This document shows, piece after piece, positions 9,418 to 18,478 of a stretch of 64,000 bases of DNA. Position 1 is the stretch's first letter. Every line of letters begins with the position of its first letter. The notes under the pieces were generated by a model. It searched no databases and was not told the origin of the DNA. It saw only the letters and a program-made list of their open reading frames with translations. Location of the stretch: the NCBI GenBank assembly GCA_963834385.1, contig CAWIBO010000005.1, positions 416,001-480,000 of the forward strand, in the 5' to 3' direction. A program made the position numbers and the translations under genes. The stretch is from an uncultured Verrucomicrobiae bacterium. Its GTDB lineage: Bacteria > Verrucomicrobiota > Verrucomicrobiia > Chthoniobacterales > UBA10450.

Positions 9418-11502
9418 TTACTTCGCTTCCATATGGTGGACGCCGTCCCATGCTGGCGGCGGATGGTCGGCCAGCGCGGCGCACCGGCTCGCCAGCAGGG
9501 CCGACGGTTTATCGCCGAACTCGTCCGCCAGGCGCTGGAACTGACCACGGGCCGTGGCGAATTCGCCCTTCAGGTAGAGCGCAAAGGCGGCTTCGTAACC
9601 TGAGCAAATCTCCTCGAAGCGCGCCGGACTGGCCGGGTGCGACAGTTCCGTCAGTTCCACGGGCGCGGTTTTGCCTTTGACCACTACCCGGTCGACCAAC
9701 CGTCCCGGGCCGCGTTCCGGCAGCGCGGCCAGCAATTCTCCCGTGACGAGAAACATGACCCCGTAAAATTTGGTCAGCGCCTCCACCCGGGCCGCTTCGT
9801 TGATGGTGTCGCCCACCAGTCCGTAATCGAGCCGCATGGCGGATCCTTTGTTTCCGCAGAGCACGCTTCCTTTGTGCAGGGCCACGCCGTAGCCGAAAAT
9901 GTCGCGCACGGCCGGGGCCAGGCCGGCTTTCACCTCCTGCATCGCGCTGATCAACTTGCGCGCGGCGCGCAGGGCGCGCTCCGGAGCGTCGGGTTGTTCC
10001 TGCGGCGCGCCCCAATAGCTGAGGAACTGGTCGCCAAGGAAGTGCTCAAGATTGCCTTCCTCGCTCATGATCGCGCCGGTTTGCGCCTCGAAGACACGGT
10101 TGAAAAGATCGAACATGCCGCCCGGCCCCAGCGTTTCGGCGAGCGGCGTGGAATTGCGCAGGTCGGTCAGGAGAACCGTGACCTCGGCGGCGCGCGGCTG
10201 CATGGAGCCGGGGTTGGAAAGGACTTCCTCCAGGACGCGGGGCGAGAAGTAATAGCTCATGGTCGTCCGGAGCCGGAGCCGTTCCAGGCGTTCATGGATG
10301 AAGTCGTGGGTGAGCGCGGCCAGCCCGAGCCCGAGCAGGAGAAGGAGCGGGCTGACGGTGAGGACAAGGAACCCGGCTCCATTGAAAAGAAGCTGGGTGA
10401 CAAAAACGAAGAGGACCGCCAGGACGAGCATGAGTCCGAGGCGCTTGACCGGCTGGTTGAGTCGCCGGCAAAGCCAGGCCGCGAGCAGCCCGGACCCGGC
10501 GATCAGGGCGAAACCCGTGACCCGGGAGGTTTCGCGCAACAGCTCACCCTGCAGGGCCGCCCCGATGATGTTGAGATGAATCTCCGGGCCGACCATGCGC
10601 GCGCCCGCGAACGGCGTGGAATGGTCATCATGAAAACTGCGGGCGTCGGTGGGGCCGATCAGGATGATTTTGTCGCGGAAAAACTCACCGTTTCCGTAGT
10701 TGCGCTCCCAGGCGCGGGGCGAGAGCACATCGCCGACCGGGTGAGGCCGATAGCCGAGGCCGGGTGGAGCGGTGTAACGGAAACGGTGCAGCGAGAAATC
10801 GGACGGGATGCGGTCGGCAAACCCCGCCTGCTGCAGGGCGCGCGCGGCCAGCGAAGCCGTGACCGCCTCCGGCCCGGCTGGGATGACGCTCTGGAGTTGT
10901 TCGTTCTCCAGCCGGAAAGCGGCGCGCCGCATGATCTGGTCGGGATCGGGCCAGATGTTGACGAAGCCGACACGCGCATCGAGGGCGGAACTGGCGGCCG
11001 CAGACTCGAGGACATCGGGGTGGGGCGGGGTGAAGCGCCAGAACTTGCCGCGATCCGTCTGCACATCGCTAAGGGAACTGCCGATGACGACCCGGCCGGC
11101 ATGCTTTGCCAGAACTTCACGGAGAGCGGCGTCGCCCGGGCCCGGCCCGGCAAAGACCAGGTCGATGACCACGGTGCGCGCCCCGGCCGCGAGCAGTTTC
11201 TCGATCAGGACCGCCCAGACCTGGCGCGACCAGGGGAATTGCCGGCGCAGTTCCTCGAGGACGGGGGCGACGGCGAGTTCGTCCGGGCTGAAATCACTGG
11301 CATAACTGGGGCGATCGATCCCGATCAGGACCAGTCGGGGATCGACGGGTGTTTTCCGGCCGAGGCGCAGGCGCCAGTCCTGCACGGACCATTCCGCCTC
11401 CTGGAGGGGGGCAAAGCCGGCCCCGTAAAGGAAGAGGAAGAGAGCGGTGAGAACGAGGCAGTAACCTGCCTGGATAAAGGAGCGTTTTGTTTTTGCTTCC
11501 AC
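9418..11502 (-). CDS. CHASE2-domain class III nucleotide cyclase with atypical specificity residues
   Basis: LVLIGID, FPWSR, VVIDLVF, GFVN..PDPD and GPEIH (CHASE2); three TM helices; TDLRNST, FLGD, GDTINEAARVE and VKGK; GTG start at 11502 chosen. Confidence 0.9.
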   Translation of the reverse strand: MEAKTKRSFIQAGYCLVLTALFLFLYGAGFAPLQEAEWSVQDWRLRLGRKTPVDPRLVLIGIDRPSYASDFSPDELAVAPVLEELRRQFPWSRQVWAVLIEKLLAAGARTVVIDLVFAGPGPGDAALREVLAKHAGRVVIGSSLSDVQTDRGKFWRFTPPHPDVLESAAASSALDARVGFVNIWPDPDQIMRRAAFRLENEQLQSVIPAGPEAVTASLAARALQQAGFADRIPSDFSLHRFRYTAPPGLGYRPHPVGDVLSPRAWERNYGNGEFFRDKIILIGPTDARSFHDDHSTPFAGARMVGPEIHLNIIGAALQGELLRETSRVTGFALIAGSGLLAAWLCRRLNQPVKRLGLMLVLAVLFVFVTQLLFNGAGFLVLTVSPLLLLLGLGLAALTHDFIHERLERLRLRTTMSYYFSPRVLEEVLSNPGSMQPRAAEVTVLLTDLRNSTPLAETLGPGGMFDLFNRVFEAQTGAIMSEEGNLEHFLGDQFLSYWGAPQEQPDAPERALRAARKLISAMQEVKAGLAPAVRDIFGYGVALHKGSVLCGNKGSAMRLDYGLVGDTINEAARVEALTKFYGVMFLVTGELLAALPERGPGRLVDRVVVKGKTAPVELTELSHPASPARFEEICSGYEAAFALYLKGEFATARGQFQRLADEFGDKPSALLASRCAALADHPPPAWDGVHHMEAK

Positions 11503-11514
11503 CGAAAGGTTTGA

Positions 11515-11530
11515 TGTGATGGAGTGCGCA
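11515..11530. promoter_or_regulatory. Possible CRP-family binding site
   Basis: TGTGA-tggagt-GCGCA, an 8/10 match to TGTGA-N6-TCACA, in the short divergent intergenic region. Confidence 0.3.
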
Positions 11531-11567
11531 TGTTGCCTGTTTACAACCCTGCGAGGCAACGACCGTT

Positions 11568-12401
11568 TTGAAGCGAACCCTTCTAATCATGGCTGCCGGC
11601 GCGCTGGCTATCGGCGGTGCAAACGGCGCCGAACCGTTGACCGAGGGCACTTTTACCGAGGTCGTGCGCGACGTGGCGGTGATTGACGCACAGACGCAGC
11701 AGGCGGTCTCAGCCTCCCGGAACGGGACCGTGCGCGCGCCCAACCTGGTGCGGACCGGCCCGGCCTCGCGCGCGGAGCTTTCGTCGCCTGACCAGAGTGT
11801 GACGCGGATCGGCGCCAACACCGTCTTTTCGTTTGTCCCCTCCGAGCGCGAGCTGCAATTGCAGAAGGGGAGCGTGCTCTTCCATACGCCGTCCGGCAAA
11901 GGCGGGTTGAAGGTGGAGACCAGCGGCGCCTCGGCTGCGGTTCTCGGCACCACCATCATTATTGTGGCCACGCCGAACGGCGGGTTCAAGATCATCGTGC
12001 TGGAAGGGAAAGCCCGTGTTTTCCTGCCCGGTATGGCGGCGCGCATCGTCGGGGCCGGCCAACTGGCCTTTGTTCTTCCGGGGCAGAAACGACTTGGGCC
12101 CGTCCTCACGATCAACCTGGCCAAGCTCGTGGCCGGGGCCAGGCTTGTGCATGGATTCGAAAACGGCCTGCCCTCCATGCCGGCGATTGAGGCGGCCATC
12201 GCCCAGCAACAGCAGATGCTCGCGTCCGGCGAGGCAACTGATACCGGCGAGCCCGCAGATACCGCGGCGGGAAAACCGGGCAATAGCGTGGACGATACCC
12301 ACGAACTGATCGCGCTGAACGTGCGCGGATTTTACGGGACCCCGAAGAAAGACGCGTCCGGCCAGGGGGGATTCATCCAGCCGACGCCTCCCCCGTTTTG
12401 A
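11568..12401 (+). CDS. Exported FecR-domain protein
   Basis: Signal peptide; VRTGPASRAEL...RIGANT...LQKGSVL...AAVLGT...VLEGKA FecR pattern. Confidence 0.85.
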   Translation: MKRTLLIMAAGALAIGGANGAEPLTEGTFTEVVRDVAVIDAQTQQAVSASRNGTVRAPNLVRTGPASRAELSSPDQSVTRIGANTVFSFVPSERELQLQKGSVLFHTPSGKGGLKVETSGASAAVLGTTIIIVATPNGGFKIIVLEGKARVFLPGMAARIVGAGQLAFVLPGQKRLGPVLTINLAKLVAGARLVHGFENGLPSMPAIEAAIAQQQQMLASGEATDTGEPADTAAGKPGNSVDDTHELIALNVRGFYGTPKKDASGQGGFIQPTPPPF

Positions 12402-13420
12402 GAACCTGTTTTCTTGTCGGCCTGATTACGTTCGCGGCCGGCGCCGTGCCTTTGTTGGCGCAGGTGCCCACAGCCGCGGAACGGCTCGATGAAATGCGCA
12501 ACCGGCCCCCGACGACCTCCGGGGCCTCGGAGGAGGAGTCGTCCGTGCCGGAACTTTATCCCGGGGAAACAGGCGACACCGGCAAACAGATCGTCCTGCG
12601 CATGGAGCCGCGCCGGAAGTTCTTCGAGGTCTCGGCCACGACCGACTTCTTTTATACCGACAACATGTTCCTCGAGGAAAACGACCCGCGGGAGACATGG
12701 GTGTTTACCAGCACGGTGGAAGCGGCCCTGGCTCCCGATCCTTATGACTGGGGACCGGGAAAATTCCTGCCCCGCCTCGGCTACCGCCATCAGTGGTTCG
12801 TCTACGGCTTTGAAGGTCTCAAGGACCCGCTGGAACCCGCTCCGCTGCCCCCGCAGATCATGCCACCCCCGCCGGTGACGGAATTTGATTTCAACGCGCA
12901 GACTGTTTTCGCCGAGGCGCGTTATCTTTGCGGCAACTGGCTCCTCGAGGCCGGGGTCGACTGGAGCCGGCTGATGGAGTCGGAGGAATACACCGAGTTT
13001 TATGTCGATTACGCGCCGTTCTGGGGAGTGCGCCGGCTGATCCCGGTGGATGAATGGCATTCTTTCCAGGTGGGTTACGCCGGCCGTTTTCATTTCGCCG
13101 AGCTGCGTTTTCTGCCCGACGTGCCGGAGGACATCACGGAGCGGCTCGATCATGTTTTCAGCGCCGCCTACACCTGGAACTGGAATGATCGGTTGCTGGC
13201 GCAGCCTTACTACCGGTTCAAATACACCGATTTCACCCGGAAAAGCGACTGGGAGGATTGTCTGCATTCGACCGGGATCTCGGTGCAATATCTCGTGACC
13301 CGCTGGTTGAGCGCGCGGGTGTTTGTCGCCTACGACGCCAAGGAATCGACCAACCCGGGCGTGGACGATTACACGAAGATCGACGCCGGCGGCGGGCTCA
13401 CGGTGAACCTGCGGTTCTAG
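12398..13420 (+). CDS. Outer-membrane beta-barrel protein
   Basis: Signal peptide, YTDN motif, alternating aromatic beta-strands, C-terminal Phe (LTVNLRF); start overlaps the FecR stop. Confidence 0.75.
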   Translation: MRTCFLVGLITFAAGAVPLLAQVPTAAERLDEMRNRPPTTSGASEEESSVPELYPGETGDTGKQIVLRMEPRRKFFEVSATTDFFYTDNMFLEENDPRETWVFTSTVEAALAPDPYDWGPGKFLPRLGYRHQWFVYGFEGLKDPLEPAPLPPQIMPPPPVTEFDFNAQTVFAEARYLCGNWLLEAGVDWSRLMESEEYTEFYVDYAPFWGVRRLIPVDEWHSFQVGYAGRFHFAELRFLPDVPEDITERLDHVFSAAYTWNWNDRLLAQPYYRFKYTDFTRKSDWEDCLHSTGISVQYLVTRWLSARVFVAYDAKESTNPGVDDYTKIDAGGGLTVNLRF

Positions 13421-13796
13421 GCGCTCGCGCGAGACTCTGCCGAGCCTGGGTTTACCACAGAGGCGCGGAGGGCGCAGAGGAGGCGGATTTACCACAGAGG
13501 GCACGGAGGACACGGAGGCAAGCGGATTCGGAAAACTATTCACGATCCACGATTCACCATTCACGCTGCTCGTCCCCCGGTAGGGCGAGACTCTGTCGAG
13601 CCTGGTTACCACAGAGACGCAGAGGGCGCAGATCAGGATTTTCGGGGAGGGGAAGACACAGCGCGTGAGGTTTTAGCGGCGCGTGCTCCCAGGCTCCGCG
13701 GAGCGTCGCCCTACCGAGAGGTCGCTCGCCTACCATTCACAATTCACTATTCACCATTCACGCCCCTTGGGGGGTCCCTCGCTTCGCTCGGGATGA
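13421..13796. repeat. Mosaic intergenic repeat, copy A (inverted REP-like pair, 9-mer and 7-mer tandem repeats)
   Basis: cggtagggcgagactctgtcgagcctgg (13578-13605) is inverted to ccaggctccgcggagcgtcgccctaccg (13689-13716); ACCACAGAG-type 9-mers; NATTCAC heptamers at 13537-13564 and 13734-13761. Confidence 0.9.
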
Positions 13797-13807
13797 GCGT
13801 CGCGCCG

Positions 13808-14497
13808 CTACAAGAGCCTGACGCTGGTCACGGCAATCCGGCCGCCGAAACAGACGTCCACGTCCGCGCCCGGGGTCCGGCCGCGATCGGTGTATTCGCC
13901 CGCGAAATAAAGGCCGCTCTCCTCCTCGTGCCGATACTTCAGGGGCAGGGGATTCGGGTCGAGCGGGCACCAGACGACTTCCGGATCGGGTGCGTCCCGG
14001 TCGAGGTGAGGCAGGTTCACATTATAGAAGAGGCCGGGCTCGCGCGGCCGCGCAAACAGCTCGCGCAGGACCGGACCGATCCAGCGGGCGGCACGCGGCC
14101 AGTCGAAACCCATTCCCGCCTTGTGATAGTGCGAAAGCGCGATGCCAGGCCAGCCGTGCAGCACGGCCTCGCGCACCGCCGCCACCGTCCCGGAATAATG
14201 CATATCCGCCCCGAGATTGGAGCCATGATTGATCCCGCTGAGCACCCAGGCGGCCTCGGGAACGAGGTGGAGCAGTCCCAGACGGGTGCAATCGGCAGGC
14301 GTGCCGTGAATGGCAAACCGCTTCTCGCCCCGCGGTTCGATCCGCACCCCTTCGCGCCAGGTCACGGCATGGCTTACGCCCGACTGCGGCCCGGCCGGCG
14401 CCACCACCACAGGATCGCCGAAGGCCGCAGCCGCCTCCTGCAAGGCTTTCAGTCCGGGGGCATCGACGCCGTCGTCGTTGGTCACGAGGAATTGCAC
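13808..14497 (-). CDS. surE: 5'/3'-nucleotidase SurE
   Basis: LVTNDDG, QSGVSHA, GTPADC, SGINHGSNLG, YSGTVAA. Confidence 0.95.
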   Translation of the reverse strand: MQFLVTNDDGVDAPGLKALQEAAAAFGDPVVVAPAGPQSGVSHAVTWREGVRIEPRGEKRFAIHGTPADCTRLGLLHLVPEAAWVLSGINHGSNLGADMHYSGTVAAVREAVLHGWPGIALSHYHKAGMGFDWPRAARWIGPVLRELFARPREPGLFYNVNLPHLDRDAPDPEVVWCPLDPNPLPLKYRHEEESGLYFAGEYTDRGRTPGADVDVCFGGRIAVTSVRLL

Positions 14498-14556
14498 GCG
14501 CCCAAACTAACAATGCTTTATGTGTTCGCCACCTGAAGTAACGTCACCGGCGCGCC

Positions 14557-16140
14557 ATGAAAGCGAAATACGACGTCGTCATCCTCGGGGCCGGCCATAA
14601 CGGGCTGGTCGCCGCCAGTTACCTGGCCCAGGCCGGGCTGAGCGTGCTCATGCTGGAAAAGAACGATTATCTCGGCGGCGCGACCGTCTCCCAGCAGATC
14701 TTCCCGGACTTCGACGCGCGGCTCTCCCGCTATTCCTACCTCGTCAGTCTTTTCCCGGAGAAAATCATCCGCGACCTGGGCTTAAACCTGGAATTGCGGC
14801 GACGGGAAATATCCTCGTTCACCCCGTATCGCCGCAATGGCGCCGAGCGCGCCCTGCTCCTGAGCAACGTCTCGCTCGAGCAAAGCCGGGAATCCGTCGC
14901 CGAATTGACCGGCGGAACAAGCGAGTTCGACCAGCTCGGGCGTTTCTATGGCCTGGCGCGCAATTTCGCGGACAAGGTCTGGGACGGGCTTCTCCAGCCG
15001 TTGCCCGGGAAGATGGAACTCCGCCGAAAGTTCGAGACCGACGAGGAATCGCGCGAGGCCTGGCGGGCCCTGGCGGAGGAACCGCTCGGAATCGCTTTGG
15101 AGCGTCACCTGCAGGATGATCTCCTGCGCGGGATGGTCTTCACCGATGCCAAGATCGGCGTCTTTACGCATCCGCACGATCCCACCCTTCTGCAGAACCG
15201 TTGTTTTCTTTACCACCTGATCGGCAATCGCACCGGAGAATGGAAAGTGCCGGTGGGCGGGATGGGCGCCGTCGCGGGGGAACTCGAGCGCGTGGCGCGC
15301 GCCTCGGGCGTGGAAATGGAGACAAATATCCGGCTTCTCGCGCTCGATTTGACCGGACCGGAGAAAACGATCGAGTTCGAGGTGGACGGCCGTCCCGGTC
15401 AGGTCGGCGCGCGTTTTGTCCTGGTTAATTTTGGGCGCAACATCCTTTCCAGGCTGACGGGCCGGCCGTATCAGCCGGGCGCCTCGGATGAAGGTTCCGT
15501 TTTCAAGATCAACATGCTGCTGCAGCGTTTGCCCCGTTTAAAGGCGCAGAAGCATTCTGCGGCCGAAGCTTTCGGCGGCACTTTCCACAGTGACGAGGGC
15601 TATGCGCAGATGATCGCCAGTTTCGAACAGGCCACACGCGGCCAACTGCCGGAACGGCCGCCCTGCGAAGTTTACTGTCATACCCTGACCGACTCCTCGA
15701 TTCTTGGGCCCTCTTTGCGTGACGAGGGTTATCACACCCTGACCCTGTTCGGACTGGATACGCCATGGAGTGTGTTTGCGCATGACAACAAAGCGCTGCG
15801 TGAGGAGGCGACCCGCCGTTTCCTTGCCAGTCTCAACCAATGGCTGGAAGAACCGATCGAGGATTGCCTGGCCCGGGCGCGTGACGGCAGTCTCTGCCTG
15901 GAAAGCAAAAGCCCGGTGGACATCGAGGACGCCCTCGGGATGTATCACGGCAACATCTTCCACGATGCGCCCAGCTTCCCGTTTGCCGACACGCCCGAGG
16001 AGGTCGGGCAATGGGGGGTGGAGACCGAGTGGGAGAATGTCTTTATCTGCGGATCCGCCGCCCGCCGCGGCGGCGCGGTCAGCGGGATTCCCGGCCACAA
16101 CGCGGCCATGAAACTGCTGGGCGTTCTCGGAAAGCAGTAG
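14557..16140 (+). CDS. Phytoene desaturase-family FAD-dependent oxidoreductase
   Basis: GAGHNGLVAA Rossmann motif, GGMG, GNIFH, GGAVSGIPGHNAA. Confidence 0.85.
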   Translation: MKAKYDVVILGAGHNGLVAASYLAQAGLSVLMLEKNDYLGGATVSQQIFPDFDARLSRYSYLVSLFPEKIIRDLGLNLELRRREISSFTPYRRNGAERALLLSNVSLEQSRESVAELTGGTSEFDQLGRFYGLARNFADKVWDGLLQPLPGKMELRRKFETDEESREAWRALAEEPLGIALERHLQDDLLRGMVFTDAKIGVFTHPHDPTLLQNRCFLYHLIGNRTGEWKVPVGGMGAVAGELERVARASGVEMETNIRLLALDLTGPEKTIEFEVDGRPGQVGARFVLVNFGRNILSRLTGRPYQPGASDEGSVFKINMLLQRLPRLKAQKHSAAEAFGGTFHSDEGYAQMIASFEQATRGQLPERPPCEVYCHTLTDSSILGPSLRDEGYHTLTLFGLDTPWSVFAHDNKALREEATRRFLASLNQWLEEPIEDCLARARDGSLCLESKSPVDIEDALGMYHGNIFHDAPSFPFADTPEEVGQWGVETEWENVFICGSAARRGGAVSGIPGHNAAMKLLGVLGKQ

Positions 16141-16147
16141 CCCCCGG

Positions 16148-18478
16148 TTACTTCGATTTCATGACCCAGACGCCGTTCCACTCGCCTGCGGGCGGGTTGG
16201 CCTTGAGGTACTCGCAGCGGTTGATGTAGGTCTGGCTCAGTTTGTCGCCCGGGTGCAGCGCGAGGACCTCGCGGAACTGGGCGATCGCGCGGTCGAAATC
16301 GCCTGCCCGATAGTATTTCAGGCCGCCCCGGAACTGGTTGATCGCCTCGGGCATGCTGGGAAACGTCTCGTCAGAATGAAAATCGAGGATTTCGTGGATG
16401 GCGACCGGCTCGGTCTTGCCTTTCACGATCACCAGATCGATCTCGCGTGACCGGTAGGTGCCGCGCAGTTTGCGGTAGGTGTTGTCGCTGCAGAGGATCT
16501 GCGCGGAATATTCCTTGCAGGCGCTTTCCAGGCGCGAGGCCAGGTTGACCCCGTCGCCGATGACGGTGTAATCCATCCGCTTGGGCGAACCGATGTTGCC
16601 GGAGACGATGGTGTCGGTGTTCAGGCCGATGCCGATCTGGATCGGCTTTTGTCCGCGCCCGGCCCGCTGCCGGTTCAGGCCGTCGAGCTGCCGGATCATG
16701 GCAATGGCGGCGCGCATGGCGCGGTCGGGGTCGTCATCGTGCGGCACCGGAATGCCGAACTCGGCCATGATGGCGTCGCCGATGAACTTGTCGAGCATGC
16801 CGCCCTCCTCGGCGATGCAGTTGACCATGAGGGAGAAATATTCGTTGAGGAGGGCGACCGTGCCCGGGGCGCCGACCTCCTCGGTGAGGGTGGTAAAGGA
16901 GCGGATGTCGGAGAACAAGACCGTCGCCTCGACGCTTTGGCCGCCGAGAATTTCGCCGCCGGCGGCGAGGAGCCGGTCGGCCAGGCCCGGGTCCATGTAG
17001 CGCGACATGGTCGATTTCATCCGTTTCTCGCCGCTGATGTCCTCCAGCATGAGCATGGTGCCGAGGCGCTTTTCCTTCAGGCTGATCAGCGGCTGGATGG
17101 TGAGGTTCACGTTGACCTTTTCGCCGCCGAACTCGGCCTCGGCGTCCATCAGGACATCGCTTTCATTCGTCTCGGCGACGCGCGCGATGCGATCGTTGAT
17201 CCACTGGTTGTTGGCGGCGAAAAGGTCGGTGGCCGATTTTCCGATGAGTTCCTCGTCCGTCGCGCGCAGGATGCGGTTGCCGGCGGCGTTGCAGGTATGG
17301 ATCCGGCCCTCTTCATCCAGCGTGATGACGCCGCTCGACATGCTTTCGAGGATCGACTCGTTGTAGTTCTTCATGTTCTGCACGTCATCGAAGAGATTGG
17401 CGTTCTCGAGCGCGATCGAGACCTGTGCGGTGAAGGCCTTCAGGCGCGCCTCATCCTCGTCGGTGAAAGGGCCGCCGGCCCTGTTCAACGCCTGGGTTAC
17501 GCCAATGACGCGCCCGCTTTTGTTGATCACCGGGACGCAGAGAATGGAACGGGTGAAATATCCGGTCTTTTTGTCAAAGGCCGGGTTGAACCGGAGATCG
17601 GCATAGGCGTGCGGGATGTTGACGCTTTTGCCCGACTGGAAAACGGTGCCGGCGATGCCGGCGTGGTCGGGCAGCCGGAGCTGAACGGCGTTCAAGCCTT
17701 CGCCCACTTCGGACCAGAGCTCCTTCGTCTTTGGATCGTGCAGGAAGAGAGTGGACCGGTCCGCCTTGAGCATGCGGGTGGCCTCGCTCATGACGCGCCG
17801 GAGCAGGAGGGACAGATCGAGCGAGCTGGTGATATCCGCGACCAGGTCGAGGAATTCCATTTCCTGCTGGCGCGTTTTCCGCATCTTTTCCACGAACTGC
17901 GAGCTTTGCAGGGCGACCGAGGCCTGCGTGGCCATGGCCTCGAGCAGGTCGAGATCGTCCATGGTGAACTGTTCTTCACGTTTGTTCAGGGCCTGGACCA
18001 CGCCGATGACGTCGCCGCGCGCCGTCTTGATCGGGGCGCAGAGGATGGAGCGGGTGGTGAAGTTGGTCTGCTCGTCCACGTCCCGGTTGAAGCGGGGATC
18101 GGAGTAGGCGTCGGGCACGATCTCGCCGCAGCCCTGCTGGAAGACGGCGCCGGCGATGCCGCTGTTGTTCAGGATGCGGATCTCACGGTGGAACGTTCCC
18201 TGCGCCACCCGGGAATAAAGCTCGTTCGTGGCCGCGTCGTTCAGGAAGAGGGTGCCGCGTTCCGCGTTCGTTTCCGCGGTCACAATTTCGACCAGGGTGG
18301 CGAGCAACTCGTCGAGGCTGTCGATGGCGGCGACGCGGCGGCTGAGCTGGAGCAGGCGTTCGGTCTGGCGCAGGCGCGACCGGAGCAGGGCCAGCGTCTC
18401 GCGCGGCGGCTTTTCCTTCGTCCCGCCGCGGCGGGCGGTTTTTGTCCCGCCCGGGGCGCCGTTACGATCAGCGGCCAT
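16148..18478 (-). CDS. GAF-GAF-PAS class III adenylate cyclase
   Basis: Two GAF domains (GIAG...DxRFN..D..T.FTTRSILC.P), a PAS domain, and canonical SDIRSFT, DKFIGD, DYTVIGDGVNLASRLE; TPR-like tail. Confidence 0.93.
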   Translation of the reverse strand: MAADRNGAPGGTKTARRGGTKEKPPRETLALLRSRLRQTERLLQLSRRVAAIDSLDELLATLVEIVTAETNAERGTLFLNDAATNELYSRVAQGTFHREIRILNNSGIAGAVFQQGCGEIVPDAYSDPRFNRDVDEQTNFTTRSILCAPIKTARGDVIGVVQALNKREEQFTMDDLDLLEAMATQASVALQSSQFVEKMRKTRQQEMEFLDLVADITSSLDLSLLLRRVMSEATRMLKADRSTLFLHDPKTKELWSEVGEGLNAVQLRLPDHAGIAGTVFQSGKSVNIPHAYADLRFNPAFDKKTGYFTRSILCVPVINKSGRVIGVTQALNRAGGPFTDEDEARLKAFTAQVSIALENANLFDDVQNMKNYNESILESMSSGVITLDEEGRIHTCNAAGNRILRATDEELIGKSATDLFAANNQWINDRIARVAETNESDVLMDAEAEFGGEKVNVNLTIQPLISLKEKRLGTMLMLEDISGEKRMKSTMSRYMDPGLADRLLAAGGEILGGQSVEATVLFSDIRSFTTLTEEVGAPGTVALLNEYFSLMVNCIAEEGGMLDKFIGDAIMAEFGIPVPHDDDPDRAMRAAIAMIRQLDGLNRQRAGRGQKPIQIGIGLNTDTIVSGNIGSPKRMDYTVIGDGVNLASRLESACKEYSAQILCSDNTYRKLRGTYRSREIDLVIVKGKTEPVAIHEILDFHSDETFPSMPEAINQFRGGLKYYRAGDFDRAIAQFREVLALHPGDKLSQTYINRCEYLKANPPAGEWNGVWVMKSK

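Noticed and set aside
13421..13796. Small ORFs over the mosaic repeats (also 25586-25801 and 28999-29424)
   Set aside because: They are translations of repeat modules (e.g. GRDSVEP, PQRRRGRR) without coding features.
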